Assembly: GCA_049517415.1 (NCBI GenBank)
Contig: JBEKSC010000010.1
Location: 19,661 to 83,660, forward strand
DNA length: 64,000 bases
Direction: 5' to 3'
From: Candidatus Bathyarchaeia archaeon
GTDB taxonomy: Archaea; Thermoproteota; Bathyarchaeia; 40CM-2-53-6
Shown here: one piece after another, positions 1 through 10,313 of the stretch
Layout of the letters: the number at the start of each line of letters is the position of its first letter
Position numbering within the stretch: position 1 is the first letter of the stretch
Position numbers and translations under genes: made by a program
The notes under the pieces: generated by a model
Databases searched by the model: none
What the model was told of the DNA's origin: nothing
The model's input: the letters and a program-made list of their open reading frames with translations, nothing else

Positions 1-863
1 CTGTTCTGTCGCGAGGCTAGGAAAAGGTCGCCAATATGGATTCTATCGTATATAGTGTTGGCATAACGCTCCACGTCCAAAATGGTTCCACTCGTCCACC
101 TTTGGAGCAGATCTTCGCTTGAAACACCCGCTCCGTAAACTGGGGTCGGCGAAACGCTTTGAACCCTGTTGACCGTCACAACGTTAGCCTTCGCGTGAGG
201 ATACGAGGCCATTAGTTCAGGTAGTTCTGCGAATAGTGTGTAACGAACGAGATCAGCTCCGACTCCCTCAAGCAAGTTTGGCTGAGCCCACTTGAATTTC
301 CGCTTCCAAAGCGCACGCATTGAGCGCCATCCGTCGATTTTGCGCACTATCTCCCGTGCGAATTCAGCTTCGTAGATGGTGCAATTCTCTTCCCACGGGT
401 ACCCCCAGTCAAGCTGAGCCTGTTTCCATTTCCACACTAAGAACGGATTTGTCTCTAGAAATCTAGGCCTAGGCATCGGACTGTTTTGCGGTTGACAGAA
501 AGAAAGCTCTGTTCCAAGTCGCAGCGAGAATGCTAGCAATTTGTCGTGATCTTGAAACGCTGTTGCCGCGTCGCTGGCTTTCCACTCACTCTTGAATACC
601 GCATCGTCGGAACCAAACATGAATAAGTCGGACTCCAAGCTCTCGAAATATTTCAGCACCTGTTTTCTGAAATCGGTTTCGCGTACGAAACTAACTTCTG
701 GGAAACGAGACTTGAGCGTCTCGTAAGCTCGTTCAAACCCCTCGTTACCGCAAGCGTAAAGCACCGTTAGGGCCAGCGGTTCCTTGCAGGTGCGTGCTAT
801 CGACGTCAAATAGCCTTCTAATTGCAGTGGCCTGTCTTTGCTAAAGCAGAGTACCCCGAGCAA
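1..863 (-). CDS. Putative GT-A-like glycosyltransferase; 3' end runs off the window
   Basis: Not in the ORF track. Manual translation gives LLGVLCFSKDRPLQLEGYLTS...FMFGSDDAVFK, and the same frame is open at the window edge (...NTIYDRIHIGDLFLASRQN). TTG at 863 follows AAGGAG; an alternative TTG is at 908. Located in a glycosylation cluster. Confidence 0.6.
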   Translation of the reverse strand, partial: MLGVLCFSKDRPLQLEGYLTSIARTCKEPLALTVLYACGNEGFERAYETLKSRFPEVSFVRETDFRKQVLKYFESLESDLFMFGSDDAVFKSEWKASDAATAFQDHDKLLAFSLRLGTELSFCQPQNSPMPRPRFLETNPFLVWKWKQAQLDWGYPWEENCTIYEAEFAREIVRKIDGWRSMRALWKRKFKWAQPNLLEGVGADLVRYTLFAELPELMASYPHAKANVVTVNRVQSVSPTPVYGAGVSSEDLLQRWTSGTILDVERYANTIYDRIHIGDLFLASRQN

Positions 864-1004
864 GATACTTATGACTCCTTTCGCTTCCAGTTTTCCCAAG
901 ATTGTCAACTATGACCTTGCCGCTCTTCAGATTGGCGTCATCCGATCTAAAGCCGCGTGTCCCGCTCCGTAAGTGGCACTTCAAATCAAGAAGTCACTAA
1001 TGAT

Positions 1005-2009
1005 TTAACTACTTGGTCCTCGCTCGACGGTTTCTGTCCAATTACGAATTATTCTTCGAACGATCCTGCGCCAAGGGGGGAGAGTGCCTTCGGGCTGCAG
1101 AGATATTCTCTCCTTGTGATTCGGTATCTTGACGTTCTCACAATATTTGGCGAGGAATGCAAACAGGTTGTATTCATCAAGCACAAGATTTCTTGCTAGC
1201 ATTATCTCGTTGATTGACTTTTCATATTGATTCTTCTGAATCGTTTCTTCAATTTTCGACAACGCCGCGTGTGGTTGATTGATGTCTATAGATGTTAATG
1301 ATCCCTTCGGAAAATAATCTAAGATGTTCGGACATCCATAGTAGAACGGGTATGCTCCAGCGAGGTAAGCATCAGATAGCTTCTCGGTCCAGTAGTCGGG
1401 ATACGAACTGTTCTCGAGAACAATATGATATTTGTACCTGGCTATTGCGTCCCACTTGTCTTGCACTTCATTGAGGCCTCTGCCGAATACGTCTATCTTG
1501 GTCCCGAAGTGTCTTCTCAGTTCCCGAACGAAAGCAATTCGTTTCCTGTGGCCTTCTGAGAATGCCTTGTCAGAAGATATTACCGACAAGGACCGATCTT
1601 TCTCGAAGCGTGTCATCGATTTCAATGCATCGTAGTCCAAGGTGAATGGGTATTGTTCCGCGTTTAGAACCACACGGCGACCTACAGCCCAATTTAACCC
1701 CTGCTGGGTATACATTGCGCCTTTGTGTTCGAGATTTCGATGGCAGGTAATTATTGTCGCGAATTGACGCAGAAATGCGGGGTCGTATTTTCGGAAGGTT
1801 GGTGGTTCTCCTGTAATGAAAACGGTATGTTTTCTAGGACAACGTGTTTTCTCCTTGTCCAGCAGTCCCTCGTAGACTACCCAGAAATCGCATTCTTCGA
1901 TATTCCGATTCACTATGAATTGGGAATTGCCCCACACACCATGTCCTCCGGGCGTTTGGCGCAGTATTGGTTCTTTCGGAGAGTTTGTCGTTAGCTTCAC
2001 GGTGATCAC
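1005..2009 (-). CDS. GT10-family (alpha-1,3-fucosyltransferase-like) glycosyltransferase
   Basis: FITGEP and YKYHIVLENSSYPDYWTEKLSDAYLAGAYPFYYG motifs typical of GT10. Confidence 0.8.
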   Translation of the reverse strand: MITVKLTTNSPKEPILRQTPGGHGVWGNSQFIVNRNIEECDFWVVYEGLLDKEKTRCPRKHTVFITGEPPTFRKYDPAFLRQFATIITCHRNLEHKGAMYTQQGLNWAVGRRVVLNAEQYPFTLDYDALKSMTRFEKDRSLSVISSDKAFSEGHRKRIAFVRELRRHFGTKIDVFGRGLNEVQDKWDAIARYKYHIVLENSSYPDYWTEKLSDAYLAGAYPFYYGCPNILDYFPKGSLTSIDINQPHAALSKIEETIQKNQYEKSINEIMLARNLVLDEYNLFAFLAKYCENVKIPNHKERISLQPEGTLPPWRRIVRRIIRNWTETVERGPSS

Positions 2010-2229
2010 CTTGCTTCACGCCCGTTTTCTCACATATTGTTGCTGGAAATCGTCATTTGCCAGCGCTCTTAACCATGTCGTAGTACTCTTGTAAGCTGCC
2101 AAGACTATAGAGACAAGAAGGCCTAGCCACTGTCAACGAGAACGTGGACGCATCGAAGCCGAGTGAGTCTTAGTCGATCTGCCTGACCAGCATCTAACGC
2201 AAAGATGCGATTGGCCAGTCAGAAAAACA

Positions 2230-3570
2230 CTAGCCCAGCCAATTGCTGTCGCCAGCTATTTGGTATTCAATTCCAGCTGATTGCAAGTCGAATCTCCGCC
2301 AAGTTTCCTCGAGATTGTCCAAGACCAACTTGCATTTTTTGAGATGGTTGATGAGTTTGGCTTCAGAGACAGCCTTGTAGATTCTGTGTCCGGCCACAAT
2401 GATGATGCATTCGAATTCGGAAAGACCTTCAGGGAAACGGAAAGTCTCTGCGCCGGTTAGCTTCTTGATCTCTTCAGGCGTGTAATATGGGTCATTTATC
2501 TTGACTTTGACTTCGCGTTCCATGAGCCTCTTTGAGATCCGCAGGGCTGGGCTAAGCACATGGACCTTTAGGTCACCCTTGTAAGATAATCCCAAGATTC
2601 CAACATTCTTGAAACCAGCATTCGCGACGTGGTCCGCAACGAGCGCGGGCAACTCGCTGTCTGTGGCAACAGTATCTTTGAGCAGCGTCAAATATTCCGG
2701 CCTCTCCGCACCCTCTATGACGTACTTGGAAGATAATGGGATGCAATATCCACCACTTCCAAAGCTAGGCTTGTAAAGCCCGACGTTCCATTTCGTTGCG
2801 ACCAACCTTAGCACCTCGGTCATGTTTAGGCTGGGATATGCGAGGCTGAGCTGGTTGGCCAGCGTGATTTCCATGTGTCTGTATGCGTTTTCGACGCTCT
2901 TGACTATCTCTGCGTGTTTGTGGTCTGGAGCTGGGATTAGCTTGTCGCACACGATACCTAGCACTTCGGTCATGAGCTTTGTTGTCTCGGGCGTTGTTCC
3001 TCCCACAATTCTTGGTAGGGACCGAAGGTTCTTTTCTGGACTGATGAACCAGTCACGGCGAGGCGCCACGCCCAGGAAAACATCTTTGCCCACTGCTATG
3101 CCGTTCTTCTCGAAAATTGGAATTACCAAACCGTCGGTTTTGTTTGGTGTTAACGTGGACTCTATGATTACGAGCGGAGGTTCGCCAGATCTTGGAATGT
3201 GTGTCGCGATCTTTGTGATGACATCTTCAAGCGCTCCGTCCCATGGTTTATCTTCCTTCTCGGTGGGTATTGCGATCATGTGGACTGAAAACTCGGGAGC
3301 GAGAACTTCCTTCCAGTCCACCGTTGCAGTCATCATGCCTGATTCTACAAGGTATTTTGTGTCGAAGCCAAGCCAGTATTCCATGTTTGGTACGGGAGTT
3401 TTGCCATCGTTGATTGTTGAAACAATTCTTTCCGAAACATCCGTCCCAACACATGCTATCCCTTCGGCAGCGAAATTTGCCATCGTTGAGAATCCGATGT
3501 ACCCCGTTCCCCACACAGCGATCTTCCGTTTTCCTTCGAGGAGTTGCCGCCGCAATTTTTGCGTTTGCAT
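2230..3570 (-). CDS. Nucleotide-sugar 6-dehydrogenase (UDP-GlcNAc/ManNAc/Glc dehydrogenase family)
   Basis: GTGYIG Rossmann motif, IIEST, AEIVKSVENAYR, catalytic GGYCIP, ILGLSYKGD. Confidence 0.85.
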   Translation of the reverse strand: MQTQKLRRQLLEGKRKIAVWGTGYIGFSTMANFAAEGIACVGTDVSERIVSTINDGKTPVPNMEYWLGFDTKYLVESGMMTATVDWKEVLAPEFSVHMIAIPTEKEDKPWDGALEDVITKIATHIPRSGEPPLVIIESTLTPNKTDGLVIPIFEKNGIAVGKDVFLGVAPRRDWFISPEKNLRSLPRIVGGTTPETTKLMTEVLGIVCDKLIPAPDHKHAEIVKSVENAYRHMEITLANQLSLAYPSLNMTEVLRLVATKWNVGLYKPSFGSGGYCIPLSSKYVIEGAERPEYLTLLKDTVATDSELPALVADHVANAGFKNVGILGLSYKGDLKVHVLSPALRISKRLMEREVKVKINDPYYTPEEIKKLTGAETFRFPEGLSEFECIIIVAGHRIYKAVSEAKLINHLKKCKLVLDNLEETWRRFDLQSAGIEYQIAGDSNWLG

Positions 3571-3623
3571 TTGCGTTCAGCGGGCACTAGCCCCGGTGCG
3601 TAAATTAACCCTTTGGAAAAACG

Positions 3624-4592
3624 TTAACCACCGGTTCGCGTGGAAATTGAATCAATTAGCAACTTCAAACCTTCCTTCAGTTCGACCTTCGGCTGAAATC
3701 CCAAGCCCTCTTTAGCTCTAGTCATGTTTGCGTAACTATGGCGAATGTCCCCAGCCCTGTCGGCGGAATGAGTTGGAGATGTCTCATGCCTCCCAACTAG
3801 TTCGGCTAGGAGTGAGTAGAGTTCGGAGATGTTCGTTGCCCGTCCTGTTCCTACATTGAACGCTTCCCCTGCTCCCGTACTTGCTCGTACCGCTTGGAGG
3901 TTCGCCACGACAACGTCCGAGACGTGGATGAAGTCTCGTGTCTGTTCCCCGTCGCCATAAATCATGGGCGGCAAGCCTTTTGAAAGATGCTTTGCGAAGA
4001 TCGCGATTACTCCACTGTAAGGGTTTGCGCTTTGCCTCGCACCGTAGACATTGAAGTACCGCAGAGCAATCGTGCTCAGTCCATAACTACTGTAGTAGGC
4101 CCCGCAATATTTCTCGCCCGCGAGTTTCGAGACTCCATACGGTGTAACAGGATGAAGAGGGTTGTCTTCGGTTATTGGCAGAAGGCTCTGGTTTCCGTAG
4201 ACAGATGATGAAGAAGCGAAGACTACCCTCTGGACCTTGTACTTGAGTGAGGCGTTAAGCACGTTCAATGTCCCGGTAACGTTGACCGCATTAACAACCT
4301 CAGGTTTCTTCAATGAGAGGTATGGGCTTACAAGGGCGGCCAGATGCACAATTGCGTCAACTCTTTTCGCCAAAGATTCAACTACTTTTCGCTTGACGAC
4401 GTTGCCCTTTCGAAAATGGAGTTTCGGATTCTTTCGCCACACGCGCAGGTTTCGAAGCGTTCCATTGGAAAGGTCGTCGAGGACCCAAACCTCTATCCCT
4501 TCGTTGAGAAGCGCGTCTACCGTATGGCTTCCTATGAATCCCGCGCCGCCGGTGACCAATACACTATCGTAAGTCAAATCCATGCAGCTCAA
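3624..4592 (-). CDS. NAD-dependent nucleotide-sugar epimerase/dehydratase (extended SDR)
   Basis: VLVTGGAGFIGSH, ASSSSVYG, YGVSK, LRYFNVYG, GDGEQTRDFIHV. Confidence 0.9.
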   Translation of the reverse strand: MSCMDLTYDSVLVTGGAGFIGSHTVDALLNEGIEVWVLDDLSNGTLRNLRVWRKNPKLHFRKGNVVKRKVVESLAKRVDAIVHLAALVSPYLSLKKPEVVNAVNVTGTLNVLNASLKYKVQRVVFASSSSVYGNQSLLPITEDNPLHPVTPYGVSKLAGEKYCGAYYSSYGLSTIALRYFNVYGARQSANPYSGVIAIFAKHLSKGLPPMIYGDGEQTRDFIHVSDVVVANLQAVRASTGAGEAFNVGTGRATNISELYSLLAELVGRHETSPTHSADRAGDIRHSYANMTRAKEGLGFQPKVELKEGLKLLIDSISTRTGG

Positions 4593-5296
4593 GAGAACTG
4601 GAATGGGGCTTTTGATCGCTCAACAAGTACGCGAACCTCCTCAAGGTTCTTGAACGTCCCAATATCATAATGCCTCTTGGGCGTTAGGTACGCGAATACG
4701 GGCCTGTGCTTATGGAGTAATTCAGGGATTACGTCGTGCGAGATATCGGTGTTGGGTTTGCAGTAGGAAAGGATCTCGCTCTCACAGACTAGTATGCCCA
4801 TACTTACGGGGTATTCCTTGATTACGGGCTTCTCTTCGAAGTAAGTTACTCTCCCGTCCTCAGCCACGCGTGCGACCCCATACTCTATCGGTACTGTTGT
4901 GCTCATTGCGATGGTACAAACCGGACTCTTGTTCTCATGAAACTGAATCATGGCGTGTAAGTCCATATCTGTGAGAACGTCCCCGTAATACACGACGAAT
5001 CTCTCGCCAAGAACATCGGTGGCTGCACCTAATGCTCCAGCTGTGCCGATCCTATCGGCAACAGAATATTCGATCTTAACACCATACCGGTTCCCATCGC
5101 CTAGATGGTTTTGGAGAAGTTCATGTTCGCTCTCTGAAATCAGCATGACAATCTCGTGGATTGCATGGTGCTTGAGATAGTCTATGATATACTCGATAAC
5201 GTAGCGGCTTCCAATTGGTATCAATGCTTTGGGGATGTATGCGGTAATAGGGTAGAGGCGGGTTCCCGCGCCCCCGGCCAGAATAGCCGCTTTCAA
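4589..5296 (-). CDS. Sugar-phosphate nucleotidyltransferase
   Basis: AILAGGAGTRLYPIT..IPKAL, GTAGAL, YGD, FEEKP. Confidence 0.9.
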   Translation of the reverse strand: MKAAILAGGAGTRLYPITAYIPKALIPIGSRYVIEYIIDYLKHHAIHEIVMLISESEHELLQNHLGDGNRYGVKIEYSVADRIGTAGALGAATDVLGERFVVYYGDVLTDMDLHAMIQFHENKSPVCTIAMSTTVPIEYGVARVAEDGRVTYFEEKPVIKEYPVSMGILVCESEILSYCKPNTDISHDVIPELLHKHRPVFAYLTPKRHYDIGTFKNLEEVRVLVERSKAPFQFS

Positions 5297-5420
5297 CTAG
5301 CAAATCCAACCTTTGAAGCGGAGGCTCAAGTCCGCTGGGTAAAAAGCCTTTGATGCGCTGGGGGGAGCACGCTTCGTGACGAACAGTGATTTCGCTCTAA
5401 AGAGGGAGTGAAATACCTCT

Positions 5421-6752
5421 TTAGCCCAGAGGTAGGTGCCCAGAAGGTTGTTGCTTTGTTTGCGTCTCAGTCATTGTGAAGATGAGCATGAGTAGTAGAG
5501 ATCCAGTGAAGAGAGTTCGAGTAAAGACTTGAACAAATGGCCAGGCAAGGGGCGAAGGAAGAGAGGATGAGACGCCTTCCATTGTGCTATTGAGGTTCAG
5601 AAGGAAGAATAAGCCTTTCCCACCCAACGAACTGTTAGTATCCACAGATAAGCAAGTATACAGGAAAGCTAGCGAGGTAATGATTCCATACCGTTTGATT
5701 TTGACTCGGCTCGCGGCCGTATACACCACGAGGGAAGGCAGCATCCAAAGAAGAAAGTACGCAGAGAACGCAGAGAACGTCGAGAAAGCGAAGTACATTG
5801 CGAAGAATGCGACGACCTCACTTCCGACCTCCCGTCTCCTCCACGCAACGGGTTTTGACAGGAAGTACCCAAGGAATATGCAGGCGGTTGCCGTGAGTGG
5901 AATACCGTACTGGCTAAAGGCTTCTTGGGGGAAAAGGAAGGGGCCCATCGTTCCCCATCCTTCGCCAACAATGATGCCTGGGCGTTGCCCGAATATCTCT
6001 GCAACAGTTTTGAATCCAACAAAATAGCTAGCGAGTAAGAGACTGGATAGAAGTATGACAAATTGGACACCCACAAACACGACGGCTTGGCGAAATTGCC
6101 GTGACCGAGCTAGAGCTAGGGGGTATATCCATGCTAACAGGCTTGGTGCGAATCGGAGAATTGTTCCAATCGCTAGGTGTGTAGCTCCCCGTCCTATCTG
6201 CGAGTTGTAGATCGCGTAAGCTCCCAGCAGTATAAACGCGGCAGGGTAGATTTCGACTGTGTTGAACATTTCTAGGAGGAAGACAAGTGGTGAACCTGCC
6301 CACATCAATCCCGCGACCATCCCCCTCGACAAGGAGCTCGTCGTCCTCGTGACGATATGAACAATCATGAGCATTGTCAGGAGGTCCGCTATTATGAGCG
6401 GGCCCTTCATTGTGAGATTGAATGCCATTAACGATGGGCTGAGTTCTGTCCATATATGAGCGGATGGTGCGGTATTCACCAACTCATATAATTTAGTAGC
6501 AACGATTGAGTCGTTTGTGGCGCGCAGCCATAACCAATACGCTGAGGCGAAAATCAAGCTCGGACCTGTATACACACCGTGAAACAGATGCCCTTGTGTC
6601 ACGGCGATCCCTAGGAAGACCCAGTCCACGAAATCGTGGCTGAATGATATGGAAAGTAGAGCGATTCTGGCAGCACAAACAGAAATAAGAAGTAAGATGT
6701 AACTGGTTACCCGTCCCTTAATCAACGCCAAATAGTTGTGAACTCCTATCAA
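5421..6752 (-). CDS. GT-C fold polytopic membrane glycosyltransferase (GT87/PIG-M-like), paralog 3
   Basis: About 10-12 TM segments; Asp after TM1 (SHDF), KGPLIIAD, WAGSP, EMFNTVE shared with neighbours. Confidence 0.6.
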   Translation of the reverse strand: MIGVHNYLALIKGRVTSYILLLISVCAARIALLSISFSHDFVDWVFLGIAVTQGHLFHGVYTGPSLIFASAYWLWLRATNDSIVATKLYELVNTAPSAHIWTELSPSLMAFNLTMKGPLIIADLLTMLMIVHIVTRTTSSLSRGMVAGLMWAGSPLVFLLEMFNTVEIYPAAFILLGAYAIYNSQIGRGATHLAIGTILRFAPSLLAWIYPLALARSRQFRQAVVFVGVQFVILLSSLLLASYFVGFKTVAEIFGQRPGIIVGEGWGTMGPFLFPQEAFSQYGIPLTATACIFLGYFLSKPVAWRRREVGSEVVAFFAMYFAFSTFSAFSAYFLLWMLPSLVVYTAASRVKIKRYGIITSLAFLYTCLSVDTNSSLGGKGLFFLLNLNSTMEGVSSSLPSPLAWPFVQVFTRTLFTGSLLLMLIFTMTETQTKQQPSGHLPLG

Positions 6753-7996
6753 ATTCCTATGCAGCGAGAGAGTGTTGTGAGAATCTTCGTATGTGTGTTG
6801 ATTAACTGGGCGGCATAGATTAGGCAGATTGATGTGAACAACGCTTGAGCAAGAGGGACGAAGAAGATGGCAAGTAGAGCGTTCTGAGATATTTGGTTGT
6901 AAGACGCGAGAGTTTGCATGAGAAGAGCGTTCCCATTTACCGGAAGGAAGAAGAGGGCCAGGCCGTTGGCGGTGAAATATGATTTGAAGGTGAAGATGCT
7001 GGTAGAGAACGCTGTCATCGTAAGCAATGCGAGATAGATGAGTCCGCGTCTGCTGCCCGCCGTTCTAACAGTTGCAAATGGAATTAACCACAGGAGATAC
7101 GACGGAAACCAATTGGCGAAAGCAAAATAGGCCAGGAATGTTACCAAAATTCCGTCGAATGTGGCCTCCGGGTTTTTCGGCCACTTTTCCAGCATAAGAA
7201 CGTAGGTTACGGTGAGCAATGTGGTTGCAAGGCCGATTCGTATATAATCTTGGGTACTTACGGTAAACTCGTCGAAGAAGACGAAGAACACGTCATATCG
7301 TGTGAATTGAAGTAGGGGATTGTATCCTGCGTAGTATGTCCATGCAAAAAATAATGCCGCACCGACCAAAGCTGATAGAATTGCAATTAGACGTTGCTTT
7401 TTGTCATCGATTGTGGCGAAAAACGCGGGCGCAGATATTAGTGGGAATAGCTTCGCAGCAGTTGCGCACAGTAAATAAAAGTCGCTCTTAAGTCGCCTCC
7501 CAGAACGTAACGCTATCACGGAAGACAATAGAAGTGCTATCGGGAATAAGTCCATCGACCACCACATTTCGTTGACAAGGAGGACGTAGGGGTTCAGAAA
7601 CCATACGAAGAAAGCGTACTTACCTTGTTTCACGAATCCTTGTTGCCTGACGCATTCACCTATCAGTATGCCAGTAACGAAATCGAGGATGAGTAAAGGG
7701 AATTTTAACATGAATACGAGGAGAAAGAGGCTAGGCGAAGGCTGGAAATTATTAACTGTCCACGACGAAGCCAGATTAGGGTGCTCGAGCGGGGTGAGAT
7801 TCCATAAGGCTAGTATTGATCGAAACAAGAGCCCATATGGAGTCATACTCCAAGGCTCCATGCCAAAACCTTGTGATACCTGAAACGCTAGATCTGGGCT
7901 CATCGGCGCGAGCGTCATCAGTACGGCCTTTGTTGCGAAAGCGAGAATCAGGAGTATTACGGACCACTTTGATGAAATCAGCCAACCAAGTTTCAT
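6749..7996 (-). CDS. GT-C fold polytopic membrane glycosyltransferase, paralog 2
   Basis: SPDL after TM1, KFPLLILD, WFLNP, EMWWSMD, KLFP, YLLWLIPF. Confidence 0.65.
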   Translation of the reverse strand: MKLGWLISSKWSVILLILAFATKAVLMTLAPMSPDLAFQVSQGFGMEPWSMTPYGLLFRSILALWNLTPLEHPNLASSWTVNNFQPSPSLFLLVFMLKFPLLILDFVTGILIGECVRQQGFVKQGKYAFFVWFLNPYVLLVNEMWWSMDLFPIALLLSSVIALRSGRRLKSDFYLLCATAAKLFPLISAPAFFATIDDKKQRLIAILSALVGAALFFAWTYYAGYNPLLQFTRYDVFFVFFDEFTVSTQDYIRIGLATTLLTVTYVLMLEKWPKNPEATFDGILVTFLAYFAFANWFPSYLLWLIPFATVRTAGSRRGLIYLALLTMTAFSTSIFTFKSYFTANGLALFFLPVNGNALLMQTLASYNQISQNALLAIFFVPLAQALFTSICLIYAAQLINTHTKILTTLSRCIGI

Positions 7997-7997
7997 C

Positions 7998-9233
7998 TCA
8001 GACCCGACCCTTCCGGATACAAATCCATGAGACCATCATGGAGTATGCAAGGGACATTCCTGACAGCGCCGAGCGGATCCACTGACCAAAAATATTGGAG
8101 AACAACAAGACATTCGATTCTAGAATATTGATTTGTTGCGATTCGGACGGGGCGGTCGGAAATATATTGATGGGAATAAAGAGGAGGCTGCTTCGCGATA
8201 TGAGGACGTCGATGTAAAAGAGTGTGCAGAACACTCCAATTATCATGTAGAGGAGAACAGTCCAGTTAAGTTTTCCATATTTCGCATTCCAGAGGGCGAT
8301 TAGAGGGCCAATCCAGAGAAATGAAGTTGGATATGGATCTGATAGCGCATAGACGAGGAGGAAACCCGACAGGGCGAGCGGGACTAACGACCAACTATCA
8401 CGCGACCAAATCTTACCTGCAAGAACGTAAAACATTGTCACGCCGAGCATCGCAAGGCCTACGTATGTCTGGGGCACAAAATACTCGTTCAGCGTCTGTA
8501 TTACCGGGGAGTACGGTATCGCAAAGCCCGAGTACCCTGGGTCGAAGAACTGTAGCAAATTCAGGATATTCGTCAGGTGCCCTTGAATAAGCCAGTATGA
8601 GTATGCCAGAACGCCTGCAGGACCAGAGACGTAAATTAGCAGCCGGTCCAACCGTCCGATTTCAGATCTGGGCTTTCTCTGTAACCATGCTACTAACGCC
8701 AGCCACGCGATTATCGGGCTCAGTTTGAAAGCGATCCCCGTAAACAAGGACACACAACTGAGTCGAAAATGTCCTAGAATAATGAGGGCGATAGCGGCTA
8801 GACTTAGAGCTACAGGGATTACCTCTACCGACCCCCACATTTCACCAAATAGAGTGTTTAACGGGTTTGCAAGCCAAAGTACGGCGGCGTACTGGGCTGA
8901 GGAAACGGAAAATCGTGACCGAAGGGCTAACAGGTAAACAAGAACCCCGACAGCAGCGTCACAGATGATGAGAGGGAGTTTGATTAGTGCAGTCAGCAAA
9001 TAACCTCCAAGTCCCAAATAGTTCGGTTCTGACACGAGCGCACCTGGAACATTGCCATGACTGATCGGCAGCCAGAGCCAGAACATATAGATGCTATGAG
9101 CGATGGTCAACCAAGGTGACCATGGCACGTCCGTTCCGTTCAGGATAACTTGCGTCATATAGAGGGTATAGTCATTGCCTAAAGGGGTCACTATCGCCAG
9201 TATGAGTTTCAGCAATATTATTGAAGACAACAC
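7998..9233 (-). CDS. GT-C fold polytopic membrane glycosyltransferase, paralog 1
   Basis: GNDY after TM1, KLPLIICD, WLANP, EMWGSVE, KLSP, FLWIGP. Confidence 0.65.
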   Translation of the reverse strand: MLSSIILLKLILAIVTPLGNDYTLYMTQVILNGTDVPWSPWLTIAHSIYMFWLWLPISHGNVPGALVSEPNYLGLGGYLLTALIKLPLIICDAAVGVLVYLLALRSRFSVSSAQYAAVLWLANPLNTLFGEMWGSVEVIPVALSLAAIALIILGHFRLSCVSLFTGIAFKLSPIIAWLALVAWLQRKPRSEIGRLDRLLIYVSGPAGVLAYSYWLIQGHLTNILNLLQFFDPGYSGFAIPYSPVIQTLNEYFVPQTYVGLAMLGVTMFYVLAGKIWSRDSWSLVPLALSGFLLVYALSDPYPTSFLWIGPLIALWNAKYGKLNWTVLLYMIIGVFCTLFYIDVLISRSSLLFIPINIFPTAPSESQQINILESNVLLFSNIFGQWIRSALSGMSLAYSMMVSWICIRKGRV

Positions 9234-9401
9234 TAGCCCGAACCGTTTCGAACTGTTCCTCCCCTCAAATCCCAGTAAACCTACGAAAGGTCACCGAGGG
9301 TTCGTAAGCTTTTGCATATATTGGAAGCAGTGGAAGCTTGATGCTGTGGCTTTAAATTCGTCCACGGCTGAAAATGAATCAAGCAGTCGGAATGGACTCG
9401 A

Positions 9402-10298
9402 TTGGTTCGCAAGCCAAGAATAGTCGCGGGCATACCCGCACTGAATGAAGAGCGAACTATAGCTAAAGTCATAGTGCGCGCTATGGAACATGTCGACGCT
9501 ATCCTGGTAGTAGATGATGGAAGCAGGGATGAAACGAGCGCAATTGCCAAAAAACTAGGAGCAGTAGTTCTGAAGCACACCAGGAACCTAGGGAAGGGAG
9601 CAGCTCTTCGTGATTGCTTCAGATGGGCCAAACGAACGAGTGCAGATGTCTTGGTTACGATCGACGCGGATGGACAACATGACCCGGCAGATATTCCCCG
9701 GCTAGTGGCTGCTCTTAGGAAGAAGCGGGCCGATGTAGTAATCGGAAGTCGACTGTACCGGCCTCCGCAGATGCCTCGTCATAGCTGGATGGCGGCACGC
9801 GCACTCGACGCCGCGGCAGCTGTTAGAATTGATGGAAGACTCTTGGACACCCAGAGCGGGCTCAGGGCATATTCACGCAATGCCATCGAAAATCTTGTTA
9901 TAACGGATCTTGGAATAGGAGCCGATACCGAACTCCTCATGCGAGCAAAGAGTGCACGGCTTAGGATTGTCGAAGTTCCTATAAGAGTAAACTACGGTGG
10001 CTCAAATACCTCAAAAAGTCATCCATTGATCCAAGGGCTGAATGCCTTATTCGGCATAATTAGATTCACATCGATTCAACATCCCCTCACCTTCTACGGG
10101 GGATTTGCTATTGTTTCATTCGTCATTTCGCTGTTCTTCGGATTCAAGACAATTGACTACTTCCAGCGGTCTGGTGAAGTCCTAACTGATTTGGCATTGA
10201 TCTCAATCGCATCAGGCCTGTTGGCATTTCTAGCACTTTTTACCGGTGTAATCTTATTCACACTAATTGGACTAATTCGCGAGAGGCAAGAAAGATAG
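9402..10298 (+). CDS. GT2 polyprenol-phosphate glycosyltransferase (DPM-synthase-like) with 2 C-terminal TM helices
   Basis: IPALNEE, VVDDGSRD, NLGKGAAL, DADGQHDP, DTQSGLRAY. Confidence 0.9.
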   Translation: MVRKPRIVAGIPALNEERTIAKVIVRAMEHVDAILVVDDGSRDETSAIAKKLGAVVLKHTRNLGKGAALRDCFRWAKRTSADVLVTIDADGQHDPADIPRLVAALRKKRADVVIGSRLYRPPQMPRHSWMAARALDAAAAVRIDGRLLDTQSGLRAYSRNAIENLVITDLGIGADTELLMRAKSARLRIVEVPIRVNYGGSNTSKSHPLIQGLNALFGIIRFTSIQHPLTFYGGFAIVSFVISLFFGFKTIDYFQRSGEVLTDLALISIASGLLAFLALFTGVILFTLIGLIRERQER

Positions 10299-10313
10299 CC
10301 GTTTAGGATAGCT

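Noticed and set aside
2822..3715. 297-aa plus-strand ORF
   Set aside because: Antisense shadow of the nucleotide-sugar dehydrogenase, with no motifs. The same applies to the many other short antisense ORFs in the track.
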